A stretch of 63,587 nucleotides of DNA, filler included. It is 5 parts of 5 records of this genome, joined end to end, with 100 filler letters (N's around TTAATTAATTAA, not from the genome) between each part and the next. Parts side by side here need not be neighbours in the genome. Positions count along the whole stretch, not along the records: positions 58,122 to 63,587 come from SRR2962707_3844; 4 more parts are not named here. One strand, 5' to 3'. This document shows, one piece after another, positions 59,666 to 63,587 of this stretch (positions are counted from its first letter, which is position 1; each line of letters opens with the position of its first letter). A model generated the notes under the pieces. The model was not told the origin of the DNA. It saw only the letters and a program-made list of their open reading frames with translations, and did not search any database. The position numbers and the translations under genes are program-made.

Positions 59666-62600
59666 TTAGCTCTTGCCAAACACTGAACGCGATGCGACTT
59701 CTCGCGGGGCCCAGTACAGGTCGGCGGAGACGGCGATAGATGTCTCGTCCTTGACTGTCGTACCATCTGCGAGGGTTGTCGTCGCCTCAACAACAATGTT
59801 TGCTGGACTGTAAGTACTTCCCGATTCCTGGAAAAATAAATAAATAAATAAATTTGCGCCAGAATCAGCATTCACCACATCCCATGCATAAGGCGTTCAG
59901 GATACAATGACAAAGCGAACCTTTCTTTCATGAACAATAACATCGACATTGGGCTTGGGCTCGACTTCAATCTCCCTTAAGCGTCGACGATGGTGCATGG
60001 ATGAAGAACTATCTTCGGTGGAACGGACGAATGCACGAGCAAGTCCGTGGTATGCAGGTGTCCATGAAGCCTTTCCCATGCATACGAAAGGAAGCGAAGT
60101 GTAAAATCGTGACAACAAACACACATCATGATGGTAAAGTGTGTTCAACCAACAAACACCAAGACAAGCTCACCTGGTTGGGACTCAGGTTAGACGGCGA
60201 ACCAGAGTGTGTTGCCCAAATGCGACCGGGCCCGGAGACAATGCGAAAGGTAATATTGTTGGATGCGCCATGAACGACAAGGCCTTTTTCATCAACCAGC
60301 GAAGCTCGAAGAAGGGCGACATCCTCACCATCTGCGACAAGGTACGAGCCCGTTCCTACAAACAACCAAGGTTGCACACAGTTCGGAGACGATTGATAAT
60401 AATCAAAACAAACGACTTGTGCTACGAAATCTCAAGTTGCAAACACAACCAAGTTTGCTCAGATGTTGTGGCGAAGGCACGGCGATGGTGCAGGACACAA
60501 TCCGCACCTGTTGCAGCAGCTGGAGCGTCGATGGATACAACAATGCCTGCCACGGCGCCTTGGGAAGCAATGGAGTGGCTCGCGATAATCGCTTCGGAGC
60601 CATCCAGTGCAACTGCTGTCAAGTTTCCTTCCTGAAATTCTACATTGTCAAACTCTACCATCCCAAAAAAGGGCACAGCCTAGGTGTCAAATCACGCGGA
60701 AATCAGACGAAAAGGATGGTTGCAGAACCCATTTGGATATTTTGCAACGCACAGCGTGTGTGGACACGCAAGTATTGGTGGGAAAGTGCAACTCGAAAAC
60801 GTATACCTGCTTGGCTGCACCCGAGGCAGGAAGGCTGTTCAACAGCAACTGCACCGAAGCTGCGTTGCTATAAACATGCACGGTTCTGGTCTTCGCACCG
60901 CCCGGGGGTGGCGTCCAGGCATCGAGAATGAAGATGGTTGCATTATCGGCGGTGGACCCAACTTGAAGCGCAGGCGTACCCGTTGATGCCGGGGCAATGG
61001 CGGGCGGATTCGCAGGACGACCTGCATCATCGGAAGAAATGTTGGAAAGCCACCAAGAACGGAGCCAATAAGCGGTTTCTTTGGTGAATCCCGCCACATC
61101 AGCCACAGTGCCGCGGCACTTGGTGTTTTGGGGCCAGCCACGTGCTTCGCCGATGTAGTCAAATCCCGACCACACAAAGGTCCCGGTCATAAAGGGGGCT
61201 TGGTAATCGGACATTGCAACCTGTCATTTGGGTGAATGTAAAGGAAAAGCCGGGAAAACCAAGCGAATAAGCCATCACGAATCAATCACCGACCGACCTG
61301 TTCAGCAGTGCAATTTCCAATGTTGTTGTTGTAGAAGGTGCCATTGGGCAAAGCTGCCGGCGGGTTACTGCAGCCACCATCCTCAGGTTGAGGGCAACTG
61401 TCTTCGTCAACACCGCGTTGAGACATGCAGCTGCAGCACTCCGTAGCCATCATTGGGACGTCCGGGTACTGGTTGTGGAAATCAGTAAACACCGACAGCT
61501 GCTTGTGACTAAATCCTTGGACATCCAAGTACATTCCTGAGACGTTGTAGCTCCCAAGGTGGTTCTGAAGGACAAGCACATTCATCAGTGGTGGGAATAG
61601 CGTCGACAGGACAACCACCGTTGGGCGGGCTGTTACGATGCGTTCTGCAAACACATTGAATTGTAGGACTGCAAATGCAACCAGCTGCTGTGCAAACCTG
61701 AGTGACAGCACGTGTGGGATCCCACAACTTTGAAACCTCGCGAAAAGCTTGCGCCGACGTCTCGTTGTCACAGCCAACTTCATTACAGAATGACCAGATC
61801 ATGACGGAGGGGTGCGAGCGATCCCTGCGCACGAGATCGGCCATGTCCACCAACTCCTGTGCAACTGACTCAGTGGTGTCGCCACCCTGTCCCTTCTGTC
61901 CGCCGTAGTCACGATTCTCGTCGATGGCCAGCATGCCCAAGCGGTCCATAAAATCCAGGCGCGTTGGAGATGGTGGGTTGTGTGCCATGCGCCAGCTGTT
62001 GCCTCCAACTGCACGCAATGCCTGAGACAAAGCAAAAAGGCAGACAAGGTTCGTCATAAAGAAACAGTAAGCATGGAGCACTTGCAAGCGTTTCATGTGA
62101 TCGAGTCGATTACCTGTGCACGAAAAAGATTGATTCTGTCTCCGAGGGCTGCCCCAACTCCGCCAAAATTGGAGTGGTCGCAAAAGCCACGTAATTTGAC
62201 GTGCTCAGCGTTTAAAAACAGTCCTTCGTTTGCGTCCCAACGGATTGTTCGTACACCCGCGGTCACATTCAGTGCATCGACTGCGAACATTTCGCTCACT
62301 TTGTTCGCTGGGTGGCCAATACCTTCATTGCTAAAAACATCCTTCTTGAGGAGTGCGACTTCCACAGTGTACAAATAAGGCTCCTGAACGCTCCACGTAC
62401 GGACACCTTTGCCTAGTGGAATGCTGACTGCCGGGAGTTGAAATCGGGATGCTCCAGCAGGAACCACCACCGGCTGCGGTGATTCGGCAGTAGCAATAGC
62501 AGTTCCACTCGCGTCAAAAACAGTGGCACGCACTGCCATGGTCGACGCTGTGGCAGCATCGTTGTCCACCTCAGCTTCAGCGACAAACGTCGCCATGACA

Positions 62601-63580
62601 TCTCCGTTTGAAACAGCTGTGAGGTCACGTCCGTCCCGTGATTGTGGATTGCTGTGGGCAATGTCTTCAGCATGTACCCATGCACCACCTGTGGGGTTGA
62701 GGTGCACCGGGTTGGCACGTACGAGGTATTGGTGGCGCATGAGACCTCCGCCTTCATACCACCAACCCGTTCCAAACGAGGCGTCCACATAGATGCTGAT
62801 AACATTCTCTGATTGTGACCCGAAGTGGATACCTGGGACGTTGTCAAGACGCACTGAAAAGGACGTGTAACCCTGAACATGTCGAGTTACTTCGACGCCG
62901 TTCACCCATATCGTCGTCACGTGGAAAATCCCTTCAAAATAAAGCCACACAGAGGAGTTTGTGCCTTCCCAGTCCGCAGGAAGCAGAAAATGCTTCCGGT
63001 ACCATCCAATATTGCGCGCGAGAAAACCCATCTTCTCTGACTGAGACGGATCATAGGACTGCTCAATCAACATGTCGTGTGGAGCATCCACAAGTTGCCA
63101 AGCAGAATCATCAAAGCCAGGGGTAGCCTCGGCAGGCACGGCCGGACCAGGTGGAGGCGCAGGGATTTGCCCAGAGTATCGTAGGGCATTAGGAACACTA
63201 GAGCTGCAATTCTCCGTTTTTGTCCAGCAGGCATGAAACTCGGAACTTCCGTCGTCGACGTTATAGTCCCAGCACAAACAATCCACCTGGTCGGCACAAA
63301 GCCCACAGCACTCGGCAGCAGACCCGACGTTCGGATGCATCACACCCTCTACGCCAAAGTTCACGCCCTTCGTTCCCTCAGAGCAGTTGAATCCAGGACG
63401 CGGGCTGGAGGTGTTGCCCAAGGTGTGGCGCCAGTTGAAGTCAAAGTTCACAACTTCTCGCGCGTCTGCAGCCGCTTCGAGGCGTGGGAAGGCCAAGTCG
63501 TGGCGACCGGCAGCCACTGCCTCAACTAGCGACAGGAACAATAGCAGTGCCCCGTGTGTCATGACGCCAGTCAAAACCAT
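59666..63580 (-). CDS. Eukaryotic secreted GH2 glycosidase (beta-galactosidase-like), multi-exon
   Basis: Signal peptide; GWYRKHF, YFEG, GWWYEGGG, RMAHNPP, SHPSVMIWSFCNE (acid/base), ATECC (probable nucleophile), FVWSGFDYIGE. GT-AG introns at 62022-62113, 61565-61697, 61221-61297, 60680-60806, 60356-60507 and 60071-60173, plus one near 59830-59920. Confidence 0.88.
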
Positions 63581-63587
63581 AAAGATC

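Noticed and set aside
1-63587. CRISPR arrays, tRNA/rRNA genes, transposases, integrases, reverse transcriptases
   Set aside because: None recognised by eye; the only DNA repeats seen are microsatellites at contig edges.

Overview
This window is not one locus. It is five unrelated contigs joined by artificial 100-nt linkers (44 N + TTAATTAATTAA + 44 N). (1) 1-10104, alphaproteobacterial (Rhodospirillales/Thalassospira-like by appearance, unverified): Mn/Zn-type ABC permeases, a secreted HExxH protein, a siderophore-interacting protein, two GNATs, a Na+-type PomAB-like stator pair followed by a pseudo-receiver/pentapeptide-repeat protein, and the mutL 3' end. (2) 10205-33860, Rhizobiales-like: pyrG'-secG-tpiA, an inserted GGDEF/LysR/DoxX/VOC/cytochrome b block, ppiD-trpD-trpC-moaC-moeA, an 11.4-kb divergent nine-gene cluster, and the 3' end of a type I secretion adaptor. 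The cluster encodes a membrane Ser/Thr kinase with a beta-propeller, PP2C, four FHA proteins (trypsin-FHA-FHA, VWA-FHA, RDD-FHA, stand-alone FHA), a peptidoglycan-binding protein, a glycine-zipper lipoprotein and a membrane protein. (3) 33961-39133, eukaryotic: a spliced LRR gene. (4) 39234-58021, Roseobacter-group-like: dnaK', alkB-like, a glycan cluster with cysQ/kdsB/galU/galE/GTs/sulfotransferase, ptsN-hpf-lptBAC-kdsD-rnd, paaX, paaZ'. (5) 58122-63587, eukaryotic: a spliced family-16 methyltransferase and a spliced GH2 glycosidase. The best candidate for an undescribed system is the kinase-PP2C-FHA-VWA-protease cluster, which has no T6SS core genes in this contig. Its six signalling proteins share an acidic-x-x-T-R motif in predicted cytoplasmic linkers. 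All assignments are from reading motifs by eye; no searches were run.
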